From Dimorphilus gyrociliatus (Eukaryota > Animalia > Annelida), in the NCBI GenBank assembly GCA_904063045.1, contig CAJFCJ010000017.1:930001-994000 (forward strand): DNA of 64,000 bases, in the 5' to 3' direction. Each line of letters starts with the position of its first letter. The stretch's first letter is position 1. Positions 11,047-24,035 of this stretch are shown here, in pieces. The notes beneath the pieces were generated by a model. It was given only the letters and a program-made list of their open reading frames with translations. It was not told where the DNA came from and made no database searches. Position numbers and translations under genes: made by a program.

Positions 11047-14000
11047 ATGGAAGGCGACGATGGTATATAGATCAGTTAACCAAAGCTTCTTGTAATATAA
11101 TAAATTTTGAATCAGATTTAGCCAAGATCTGCAACGGATTACTTGCCGCTCTTCACGTTCCCCATCGGCTTAAAAATTGGCGGGATATAACAAGTCATGT
11201 ATTTGTGCTATTGTACGAAGGATTAACCGGAGAACCATTAGAAGGTTGTATCAATCTCTCTATTGTTAATCCGAAATTGCATGATTTGTGTATTTTTAAG
11301 GTATAATTCGAAAAACAAAAAACGAATCTGAAGAGGTCAAAAACGTCCAACACATAATTGATACGTTACAAAATTCCGTCCTGAAAACATCTTTGAGCCA
11401 TATAAATGGCGAAAGAGTGGTTAGAAAGCGGAAAACAGCCGTTTCAAATCTTTTAGAAATATTTTCGGGTCTCTTCGAATACATTGTCCACAAAATTGAC
11501 GACGAAGTTAGTAAGAGTGGCGTCGGAACTGATTCAAATGGAGAATTAGAAGGCATATCGGAAGGAGCTTTGGAAAGACTTGGCGAAATTGAAACAAGGT
11601 TTGTTATACTGTATTTTAGAATCCTTTTGTTTTACAAGTTATTTTCTTATACGTCATTCAGCGGGTCAATTTCGAGGGAGCTCAAAGATACAGCAGACTA
11701 CATTGCTCTTGCTGATACAGAACAGTTCGTTTCTAAACAATCATGAGTGAATGATTAATATAGGTCTGTTTTTTCTATTAGTTCTCTACCCTCAACTACA
11801 GCCGATACAAGAGAGTTAATCGCGTCAGCCGGTGGAGAGTTACCATCTAAGTATAACTAAATAATGAACACTGTATTCATTAATGTACAAAATAAATCTA
11901 CAGAAGCGCAACTCAAGAAGACACGAGTGAACTAATTGCATTAGGAGACATAAGCAACTCAAAAGAGGAGCGAGATGCTTTGACGAGCCATAGAGATAAA
12001 TCCGATAGGAATACAATAGAAACTGCAGATGAATCTGATTCTGTAACAAATTATTATACTAGCATTTGATTGATCCTTCAAAACTTATTCATATTCATTA
12101 ATTTCAGCCGTTGAGGTTGACATTAAGTGATAACAGTCTGGAGAGGGATAAAAAATTTGATCACATTGGCCTTCGTCCTAAGCCATTTGATTCTGGCAAA
12201 CATAAAGGTAAAATTAAAGATTCAAAGCATCATACTTATACACATCACTTATATCATCATATAGTCGACGGTAAGTCTCTAAAGGATTACCCTAAACTTC
12301 GTACAAGCTAATTTTATTGTTTACTCAAGAATCATCGAGAGACACCCTAACGAGATCACTTCCATTGTCAGTAAGCGATGAAAGACTGAATCATTCCCAC
12401 ACAAAGTCCACAAGTTTTTCTTCAAAAGAGGGATCGATTGAAAATTTGCAAACAAATCCTTCTTTTGCCGAAATCCTTAGGAAATATGATCTCTTACCAG
12501 AGAAGAAAGTTCAAGAAAGCCGCTCTTTAGACAGTTCTTTAAGTAAATCGATGCCAGTTGCATCAAGGGAAACAGTACCGGCTAAACATAAGAGAGAGAT
12601 TCCAGAACGAATAGAAGCATGGAAACTAAAAGACACAAAAAGTTCTACTTGGAAAGCTGAAATAAATAACAGATTAGAAGCAGCTCACAGAGCGGCTGGT
12701 GTACCTATGAGAGTGTCTCCAACTGAGGAAACTTTAAAGTATCTGTCAGATAGGCCTGGTATAGACCAGGATCAGGATGAAGAGAAAAACTCTTGCATAC
12801 AGTAAGTAACATAGATAACTTTGTTAATAATCAGTATTTAGACATGATAAACCCCTAAAGCGATAGATTAGAGCGTATGAACAAATCACTGGAAGAATTA
12901 GTACAGGCATTCGGTAACTATTCGGCTCGCTTTTCGAAAATCGGAAGTGAAAATATCGGAAATGTTGTAAGTCTGAGAGATAATTTGCTTGCGAAAAATA
13001 TGCTGTAGTAATATTAATATATTTAATGTGAAAATATAAAGGACTCGCTGGTAGACGTAGACGAAGAAGAAGATGATGATGATGACGACGATGTTGAGAG
13101 TGACAGAAGATCAAACTCTTTTACAAGGTTACTAAAAGCAAATCTGTTAAATACTTTTTAAAAAATGAAATGTCTTTAAAATATCTGTTGGAAACAGACA
13201 AACGAATATGTCAGCTGAAAAACAGGATTCGGAATATTCCTCGAAACAAAGCCCTTCTTCGACAAAAGAGTAACAGTTAATTTATTTTACAAATTGTAAA
13301 TATTTATTTGACTTTTAACCAACAGGTTAACCTACTCTGACGGGCAAGAAGCAGATATCAGTAGTTTCGAAAGAGAAACTAAAAATTACCGTCGTAAATT
13401 GGATAAAAAAGTCGTTCGATTTGATGATAAATTCGACAAAAAAGCCAGTGGAAACTTGGGTCCATATAGAAAACAATTCTTAGGAGAAGAAAAGAAAATG
13501 AGACGCCATAAAGAAGTAAAGCATTTTTAAAGTTACATACGTTAAGCACAGCATACTATAAAACAAAATTATTTTATTTCAGATGATAAATGATGAATAT
13601 GTAGATGCTCTGGATAATTTTAAAGCTGCTAAGAAAGATATTTTATCTAAAAGTAAATCAAAAGGAAAGGAAATTGTAAGTGATCATTTCTTCTAAAGTA
13701 TACTAAAACGAGAGAATGAATTTGAATTGCTTGTCTTCTTTTATTGATAATAAACATATAATTATATAATAATAATAATATGAATTGTAGGAGAAGAAGT
13801 ATAAGAAGAGTGCCTTAAAAAAACCCAAAACAACCACATCAGCCAATATTATTAATAAATACTCGAGTAATTATATTTATTAGATTTATCTTTGATAAAT
13901 ATCTAATTGAAATATTTTTTTTTCGAAAGAACCTCGTTTGCGCTCTAAATCTTCAAATCGAACCCACCCAATATTAAATTCTAGAAAGAGATCTTCTTCA

Positions 14001-14921
14001 GAAAGTCCGATTAGACAAGTTTACACAGATGATCCTCAAAAATTATTGGGTATGCTTTTGAAAGAATTTCCGCACTTGGATTTATCATCGGATGTCCTTC
14101 ATGAGTTATGGAGATCGGCTGCTCAACAAGCAACCCTAATGACTTCTGTTGGAAAGAATACCGGGCGAGATAAAGTCTTAGAACAAATAGAGGAAGCCGA
14201 GAGAAAACAGAAAATTTTGCTCGATATTATGAGAAAGGAAATGAACCACAGAGCTCGAATGAAAGAGATCGATGACCGAAGACATAGAGAGCAAACAATG
14301 AAAAAAGTCGAGAGGGAGAAGAGACAGCAAAGTGCCAGGGCACGAAGATACTATAATGAATACCACTCTGGTATTAAATCGAAACTATTGAAGGCTAGAA
14401 CTAAAGAAGAAATTGTAAGTAAACTAAAACGGTTCTCGTCAGTAATTCTTAGATGCAAGCTTTTTTCTTAGCTCTTCAAGCGGCTGTTTAAAGAAGGCTT
14501 GGAAATTCAGAAAGATCGTCTCCGTGAACTTCGTAAATATGCTAAAGAACAACGATCAGAGAGAGCTCAGAAACAAAAGAACGAAATGGACTCTTTGGAA
14601 AACTTGTAAATATTTATTGCATATATTTACAATAATAATACTAATAATAATAATATTCGTTGAAACAACAGCTATAGGGATCAGTTTGAAATGTTGGCTG
14701 ATTCGTTTGATAAAGAAAAGAAAGACTTTCAAATAAGAGAAGACGCCCAAAGTAGAGCACTAAAGAAGATGAAAGTTGAAATGAGAAAGAAATTAGAAAG
14801 TGATATAAAAACTTTACATGCTCAATTAATTAACGACAATGACGATGAATATTGGCGAAATGTGGACGTTGATCGTATAAGATTAGATATGCAAAGAGCC
14901 CCATTTACGGCCAGAGTTTAA
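11047..14921 (+). CDS. CEP95: Centrosomal protein CEP95/CCDC45
   Basis: MEGDD|DLAKICNGLL..SLSHINGERVV..AVSNLLEIFSGLFEY matches the CEP95 N-domain; C-terminal coiled coil RQQSARARRYYNEY..FKRLFKEGLEIQKDRLRELRKYAKEQR. Confidence 0.85.
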
Positions 14922-15613
14922 TCAAATTTTTTAAATTTTATTCATTGAATATTTTCTATCGTTCTATTTTCTTATTATTTGGAGAAATTATATTTTTTGT
15001 CCAATGTTCTTAGATAAAAATAAAACCCGGCTTCTTGTAATATTTCCTCTCCGAGCTGCTTGATTCGTGTAACGCGTTGGTTTGCCATGTTTGTACAACG
15101 GTTTCCAAAAGGCCAATCAGAGTTCAGTAAAATGCTGTTGCCATAGCAATATTTGCAAAACCCGATTTGGCTTAGTTTACGGAAGCTTTCAGTGAGATAA
15201 AGATAAAAAGAATTAACCGAAAAAGTAGAAATATGTATTGTAAAAATATAAACAAATAATTTTTTTTAACCGGTATAGATCTAATTTTTGAATAAGAAAT
15301 AATAGAAAATTAAGCAACAAAAGTATAAAAGAGTTATAAATTATTGAAAGACTGAAAACATATTGAGAGAATATCAATCAATATGAATAAAACTTGAATA
15401 ACATTCCTGAGAGAATGCAACTTAGTTTACAAATATTCGTCTTTATCACCAAACACGGTTATATAATAACAGCCTTACCGAATAAGGCAAGCATTACCCA
15501 GATCTACTATGACGCCACCTAGTTCTAATATAAAAGCTTGGTACTGAGACTTATCGGAGCACACCGCATTTTTGCATTCTAATCTTCGGTCGACGGAAGA
15601 AAGCATAAATTAA

Positions 15614-16984
<1,371 letters not shown>

Positions 16985-19060
16985 GCATTTTAATTTCGCT
17001 GTCTCTTTCATTTATATCTTTCTAGCATGGTCTTAATCGTGTGCTGAATAAACGTTCTCTAGACAATAAAGAATACAGACTTCTTAAAGAACGTTACTGA
17101 GTGAAACAATTGAATGTTGTAAATTTTATACTTCTATATATAGCTAGTCAGTTATTTAGATATACAATATCAACGGTACGATTGAATCTATTTTAAGCTT
17201 ACGTTTTCTAATAGTATATGCATTTCCACGCCCTCTCTCCCTCCTGAAATATTCGTACGTTAGCGCCACCTACATGGTAGTTAATAATATTATCGTATTA
17301 CTAGTCTCAACTTTTCCACAATGAAAAGCTAGTGAGAAATGCTTCTGACTTGACTCGATACTGAAATGATAAAGCCAGTTGGTAATAGACTGGTCTTTTT
17401 TCATTTCTATTTACTCAAGTAAAGAACCACTATAAAGATTATTACGCTTTTAAGATTACTTATTCAAAAAGAGACAAATAACAAGAATCGTAAAAGGTTG
17501 AAATAAAGAATAGCTTGAAAGAAGTTAACGGAAAATTCGAAGAATTCTTCAATTGATAGATAGTTAAAAAAAAACGAGTTACGTTTTAGACTCAATAATC
17601 TATGCAATTTTTGAGATTTACATTTTTTGTTAAAGGGAAGCAATTTTCTATTTATTTTTCGTATTCATATTCTCTCTCTGCCATTGTTATCACACTTTCT
17701 TTTCCTACACCGCCAGTTAGAAACACATTTTTGAGCGGAAATAATACAATTTGTGACAATATAATAACATTTATATATTATTATATATAATAATAATGAT
17801 ACTCTAATTTCTGCCTCGACAAATTTAGCTGGAAGTATTTGCAATACAAAATAGTACTACTTACATTTGTTGCAGATACGAAAATGTTTGTGTGTGTGTT
17901 TATGTTTTGCTTTAACTTGGACTGAAGAATTGATAGTCATTTATGAAGCAAACTTTAAATAGGAGTTAAAATACGGATGATACAAATAATCAATAATTAT
18001 TTTTTATAAGATCACTCGAATATAGAGTTTACAATAAAAGTTTATAATATGTTTACATTTCTTTCTGTTTGTGACAATGATCACGGCAAAGTAAACAACT
18101 ATTTCTAAGAACTAGGAGAGTTTGAGTTGTCAAAAGATATGATAATAATTACAGGCTGTATATATATGAAATATAACAATAGCAAGATGATCATTATGAC
18201 AAGATAAAGTGGTAAGAGAATGGAATAGTTTTCCACGCATATTTTTTAAATAGTTGCTTTAATGATTATGGAAAGATGATATAATTATAGCAATAAACTA
18301 TATACATATCTCTGAGAAGAGCTTCATCCGAATAAAATATACTCAAGGAATATATCAATTAGAGGGAAAAATGTGATAATAAATTTATACCTGTTTGACA
18401 AATGTACAAGTTATTCAGAAATAACATCTATAGCTTTACATTTGTCTCCAATGGAGCAAAACTTTCGCTAGATAGCAAATTTCTTTCACTTAGAAAAAAG
18501 CCTTCTCGCTAATGTGTTATTCTTTCACAAAAAACATTAGCATACAAAATATAGGTGTTTAATCAAATTATTAAAAAAAACATACAGATTGTATTGCATT
18601 AAAAGCATATATCAGCTATATAGTAAGTAACGTGTAATTGTTTACTGATTCATTGAAGTCATTACAAAATACTGTTGACGTAAAAAATATGGACATAAAA
18701 GGAAATGTAAACTTAATCAATAGTTCTTATAAATTGAAATAACCTATATTAAATACTTTAAATATGATATAGATTAGTCACCTCGCTTTAAGACGTAAAT
18801 AATACAGTCTGTTTTGCTTATCATTAACACTATGTCTTGCAAAAGAAAATTAAGATCTCTACTTTTATAAAATATACTTAATTAGCAACATTTCTTATGT
18901 AGAATTGATAGTTGCGTAATTTTATATAAAATTTATTATTAATTTGCATATAATTCAATAATAAATCGCAAAATTTTCATTTTTAGTGGCAAAGGGCTAT
19001 CATCAGTCATTTTATTGCGCAATAATCGACAGCCATTTTCATACGTTTTTATTACAATAA

Positions 19061-19070
19061 CCATATATGG
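19061..19070. promoter_or_regulatory. Perfect CArG (SRF) box upstream of the divergent actin
   Basis: CCATATATGG; a one-mismatch CArG CCCTATAAGG follows at 19101-19110. Confidence 0.6.
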
Positions 19071-19231
19071 CATTAACTCTCTTCTTATTCATATTGACAG
19101 CCCTATAAGGAGCCCTTGTGAATTTTTTAAATTATTTCTGAATGGTATATAAGCTCAATTGATTTCTAAAACTTATCAGAGAGTGTTTAAACTTTATACG
19201 AGGCGAGTGAAAACAAAATAATTTTATAAAA

Positions 19232-20573
19232 ATGTATTCAGAAGAAGCAACAGCATTGGTTATAGACGTTGGGTCTGGAATGTGTAAAGCTGGATTTGGT
19301 GGAGAAGATGCACCAAGAGCCGTTTTTCCTTCAATAATTGGACGTTCTCGATTCGCTGTTAGTACTTTTCTGTTTATTGCCAAATCTAAAGCTTTTATAT
19401 CATTAATTTGTTTAGTTGATGACTTATTTAATATTCTTCGTTTTAGAATATTATGATTGGTATGGGTCAAAAGGAATCGTATATCGGTGATGAAGCTCAA
19501 TCTAAGAGAGGTGTCCTTACCCTCAAATATCCAATTGAACACGGTATCGTTACCAACTGGGATGATATGGAAAAAATCTGGCATCATACCTTCTACAATG
19601 AATTGAGAGTCGCCCCTGAAGAGCACCCAGTCTTGCTAACTGAAGCCCCTCTTAACCCCAAGGCTAACAGAGAAAAGATGACCCAAGTAATTATTGTTAT
19701 TTACTGAAAAAGTGAGGGAGTGAATATACTAATTGAAATCTTCCTTTTCTTCAGATCATGTTTGAAACCTTCAATGTTCCAGCTATGTATGTTTCTGTCC
19801 AAGCCGTTCTTTCCCTCTATTCTTCGGGAAGAACCACCGGTATCGTTCTTGATTCTGGTGATGGTGTTACACACACAGTCCCCATATATGAAGGATACTC
19901 AATTGCACATGCTATTTCGCGTCTTGATTTGGCTGGCAGAGACCTTACCGATTATTTGATGAAAATCCTTACCGAGAGAGGCTATAGCTTCAATGGGTCT
20001 GCCGCTAGAGAAATCGTTAGAGATATCAAGGAAAAACTTTGCTATGCTGCCCTTGACTTTGACAAAGAAATGGAAAAATCAGTAGAGTCTTCTTCCATTG
20101 AAAAATCGTACGAATTGCCTGATGGTCAAGTAATCACCATTGGTAATGAAAGATTCCGTTGTCCTGAGGCCCTTTTCCAACCAAGCTTCTTGGGTATGGA
20201 ATCTGCTGGTATACATGAAATTGTCTATGGTAAGTTCCATCTCTTTTTAGAATAAGAACATATGTTTAAAATTTGTTTTACAGATTCTATTATGAAGTGC
20301 GATGTTGATATAAGAAGAGATTTGTTTAATAGCATGGTCTTATCAGGAGGAACTACTATGTATGCGGGTATCGCAGAGAGAGTGAGAAAGGAAATTGCAG
20401 CCTTAGCACCAAGCACAAATAGAATTAAAGTCATCGCACCTCCAGAAAGAAAGTATTCAGTTTGGATTGGCGGTTCTATTCTCTCAGAGCTGTCAACTTT
20501 CCAACAAATGTGGGTAAACTCGTCAGAATATAATGAATTTGGATCTGCAATAATTCACAGGAAATGCTTTTAA
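19232..20573 (+). CDS. Divergent actin paralogue (MYSEEATAL type), intact ORF with the same three intron positions
   Basis: Introns 19358-19446, 19687-19754, 20230-20283; no stops or frameshifts; ends IIHRKCF. Confidence 0.93.
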
Positions 20574-21564
20574 ATTTCTAATTGGTTGCTGTCATATTCA
20601 AAAAAGAAAACATTTGATCATTTTACTCATATTTTTGTATGAAGATATTTGTGAATATGCCAAATAACTAATATTTTACCTCAATCATTTATATAGATAT
20701 GATTATGAACGTAATAAATTTATCATTTGAACATTGGTACTGTATATCGCAACAGCAAAATATAATCAATATTATCTTGTTTTTAAAGATGTATATAGCT
20801 ATAATTTAATACAAAAATTGAACCTAAAAAACCTATTTGTGAATATATTTTCAAGCTTTTGATAATAAAAAAAAAACAGGTAAGATATTTTATAAATACA
20901 AAATAATTGCCTTTCATTTTTGTCGTGATTATTATGATGTGACTTTGTTTTGTTCCCCTTTAAATATAAGCTGATATGTCTGGTATGTCATAACTAGGGA
21001 TGTTAATTAATGAGCAATATATCTCAACCAGTAAAACAATTAGCAATCTAACCATCCAGATATAGAGTATTTTACTATTATAGAAAGTTAAAAGGTATTA
21101 CATGCTCGTGTTCTTTAAGTTTGTTGCGGTATAAAAGTCGAATATAAAGTCTTATTGAAATAAGATTAAAGACAGTTGATATGCTCCTGTATCTTTTAAT
21201 GTGACAGTTTAAAGCGAACCTTCAAATTAACGTATATTATTTCATTTAGTTAAGACTTTATCTGCCCTCTGAATTTAAACTCTAATATTACATTCTCAAA
21301 TATAACTGCTGTTAGATCGATAGGAGTGATTATTTAAATAGAATACTTTTATAGATGATACGAAAATCAAGAGAGATATAGAGAACATTGAACTCCTTTG
21401 CGAAAGGGCGTTAATTTATTAGTCTTGTTTTTTTGCTAAAAGTAAGAACGACGCCAAGTTATTTCGTGCTAAAAACAAAACGATAAAAAGGATAAATACA
21501 ACATAGAATATTTTTAAGTCCTTTTTTATTTTATTTTATTGTTATTGAAGGCTGTTAAGTTTTC

Positions 21565-22569
21565 TCATTGTTCCATCTTTTGACTTGTGTTTCCTCTCAT
21601 TGTTGATTGAGTCATTGTCGTGATATTTATTTTGTTCTTTGAAAAGAACATTAGAAATGTTTTACGAAAACGTTTGCTGAAAATTATATAAATGATAAAG
21701 TTTATTGCGGAATTAAACATTACGGCCAGAGAGCTAAACTCTGAATAGTAATTATAAAATGAACCACATCCACCTCCGTCAAGCTTTAAGGCAACGAGTA
21801 GTCTCCTTACAGGATTCATTATTTGACAGATGATGAAAATTAAGACTACAACTATCAAAGTCCTTGTTATATCTCGTCCATCTCTGCCTCTTCTTGACAT
21901 CTGATCTCTTTCAGTAATACCTGATTTTAAGTATTCAATTAGTTTGTGAGTCATAATTATTAAAGATAAGAGGGGTAGCAAGTAAATGAAGGTATAATAT
22001 AAGAAGAGAGTGTAAAAGTACACATAAACATCTCCTTTTGTCCAAGAAAGTTTTGTTGATTTATTGTTTATAACTTTACTTTCAAAGAAACGAGGTAAGG
22101 TAAACACTAAGCTAAAGAGAGAAATTGCTAGCATTTGATATCTTGTCGACTTTATTGAAGAAAATGTAGTATTATGGGGAAAACGTACTGCTAACCATCT
22201 ATGACCAGTAACCAAAACAGTTGTTAGCGTTGCGGCAAGATGAGAGACGCTATTTACAGGCCATCCGTAGGCAACAAGCCAAGGTTTCGAAGATTGATAG
22301 TTTGGCCAATCATTAAAATATTCCGAATACGCTGCAAGAGACTTATTAACGAATCGAACTATGACAACTACAGTGTCGAATATCGCCAAACAACAAAGAA
22401 TAAAGTTTGTTGGGGACTTTCTCTTGTCCAAAGAGAGAATAATAAAAGATAAAAAATTTCCTGTAACACCAACCAAGAATAGAATACTTCCAATCACGAA
22501 ACTTAACCAAAACTTAAAGAGAATGCATTTATGATTGGAGTCTGACACATCTGATCTATTTACAGCCAT
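21565..22569 (-). CDS. Intronless class A peptide-type GPCR (FMRFamide-receptor-like clade)
   Basis: Seven hydrophobic segments; GN in TM1, LAIFD in TM2, HRW at the DRY position, NSAINFIIY in TM7; first ATG 22569. Confidence 0.85.
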   Translation of the reverse strand: MAVNRSDVSDSNHKCILFKFWLSFVIGSILFLVGVTGNFLSFIILSLDKRKSPTNFILCCLAIFDTVVVIVRFVNKSLAAYSEYFNDWPNYQSSKPWLVAYGWPVNSVSHLAATLTTVLVTGHRWLAVRFPHNTTFSSIKSTRYQMLAISLFSLVFTLPRFFESKVINNKSTKLSWTKGDVYVYFYTLFLYYTFIYLLPLLSLIIMTHKLIEYLKSGITERDQMSRRGRDGRDITRTLIVVVLIFIICQIMNPVRRLLVALKLDGGGCGSFYNYYSEFSSLAVMFNSAINFIIYIIFSKRFRKTFLMFFSKNKINITTMTQSTMRGNTSQKMEQ

Positions 22570-22750
22570 TCCTTGCTTTTGCAATGATATAACTGTGGTC
22601 GTGTAAAGCAATGCCTACTTAAAATGTATGCAGTGCTGCCTCTACTCTCTTAATATTATTAAGTTCCCAAATATTTCCCACAACTAACATTATAATTACA
22701 GAATTTTGAATGGCTGTATTATTATTATTATCATTACCAACAGATAAAAG

Positions 22751-23795
22751 TTACACAGCTTGTTTCAACAGTTTCGTATAAGTGCTAATTTTACTAGCCA
22801 TCGACATGTCGATGTACTTATCTCCAATATTGACAATCATTCCACCAATGATTGACGGATCAACATTTGTCTCTAATGAGAGAGACTGATTCTTTTTCAA
22901 AAATCCTTTCAAAGCAGCCTCCAAATCGTTCAACTCTGCTTTATCTAGAGCTTTAGCTGTGGTGACCGAACAGACAATTTCTCCCCTGTGGGCACTCATA
23001 ATTTTCTGGAAACTGCTTAATACGCCGTTTGCTTTAGGTAGTCGTCCATTCTCTGCTAGAGCTCCAAAGAGGTTCAAAGTTAAGCTGGAAACTTTCAACT
23101 TTTGTAAAATTTGATCCATAGCATCTATAAAAGTTAAATATATTTGTCAGATAAATATACTTCTATTTAATGGGTAAAAAAGTATTCATACTTTTCTTCT
23201 CTAATCTTTGAATGCTTGGGTTTTTAACAAATTCTGAGAATTGGGCGTCATCCTTCAACAATTTCTGCAAATAAATTTATGTAATTGTTGGTGGGGTGAA
23301 ATAGTCAAAAGGAAAAATGCACTAATGACGTTGGAAATCCACCTAATTCTTTAGCACTCATTAAAAAAGAAAACCATTTAGTAAATAAAAGATTTATCTA
23401 ACTTAAATTAATCAGTTTGAAGAACATGAGTGCAAATACTTTAACTTTTACGTTTTATATATTAACCTGCAACTGTTTAAGGTCCTTATCAACGGAATCT
23501 AACTTCTTTTCTTTAACGGCGGCAGAATATAAGGCATGAGCATAGCGACCCTCTACACCAAATACCTGAACAGGTGCCTGGAATTGAAAAATTAATATTA
23601 AGACGATTCGACATTTATATCGGTTTAGAATGTGGAAAGGCACTAAATGCTTTTAGAACAGCTTACCTGTACCAATTGAAGTCTACTAGCAGTAGAGCTT
23701 AATTGACGAACCTAAAAGTAAAATATATTTATCAAATTGCTACAATTTTGAGTAGTTTTGAGAAATACCGCAAAAGCCAATCGTCCGGTTAACAT
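22751..23795 (-). CDS. ATP5PO: ATP synthase subunit O (OSCP)
   Basis: MLTGRLAFA|VRQLSST..|[48 protein letters not shown]. Confidence 0.97.
23283..23436 (-). ncRNA. Intronic H/ACA snoRNA in ATP5PO intron 23265-23466, predicted guide for an 18S rRNA pseudouridine (SNORA14/ACA14-like)
   Basis: 5' hairpin closed by GCACTCAT/ATGAGTGC; H box AAAGAA; 3' hairpin with lower stem GGTGG/CCACC and upper stem GTCA/TGAC; ACA at 23286-23288, 15 nt from the pocket top. Pocket arms TCCAA and ATTTCACC pair with 18S GGUGAAAU-UC-UUGGA. Confidence 0.8.
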
Positions 23796-24035
23796 TTCTT
23801 TCTCTCTTTCAAGGGCAGACGAACAGGATACGGAAGCGGAACTACAATCATTTTCGTATTTTGATGTATAAATTTTAAATATTTACTCAAAAAATTAATC
23901 GAATAAAACTACTCATTTTTTAAAATATACTTATACTTTTTTCTACGAGAATGTAACATTTCACAAACATCCGGTTCTTGTGTGGATGAAGAAGAAATAC
24001 TACGAGAAAACTGTGCTACTAATTTACATGTCCAA

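Noticed and set aside
23982-24035. GTG-initiated N-terminal extension of TAK1 in the ORF track
   Set aside because: An in-frame ATG at 24036 gives a normal kinase N-terminus; there is no evidence for non-AUG initiation.
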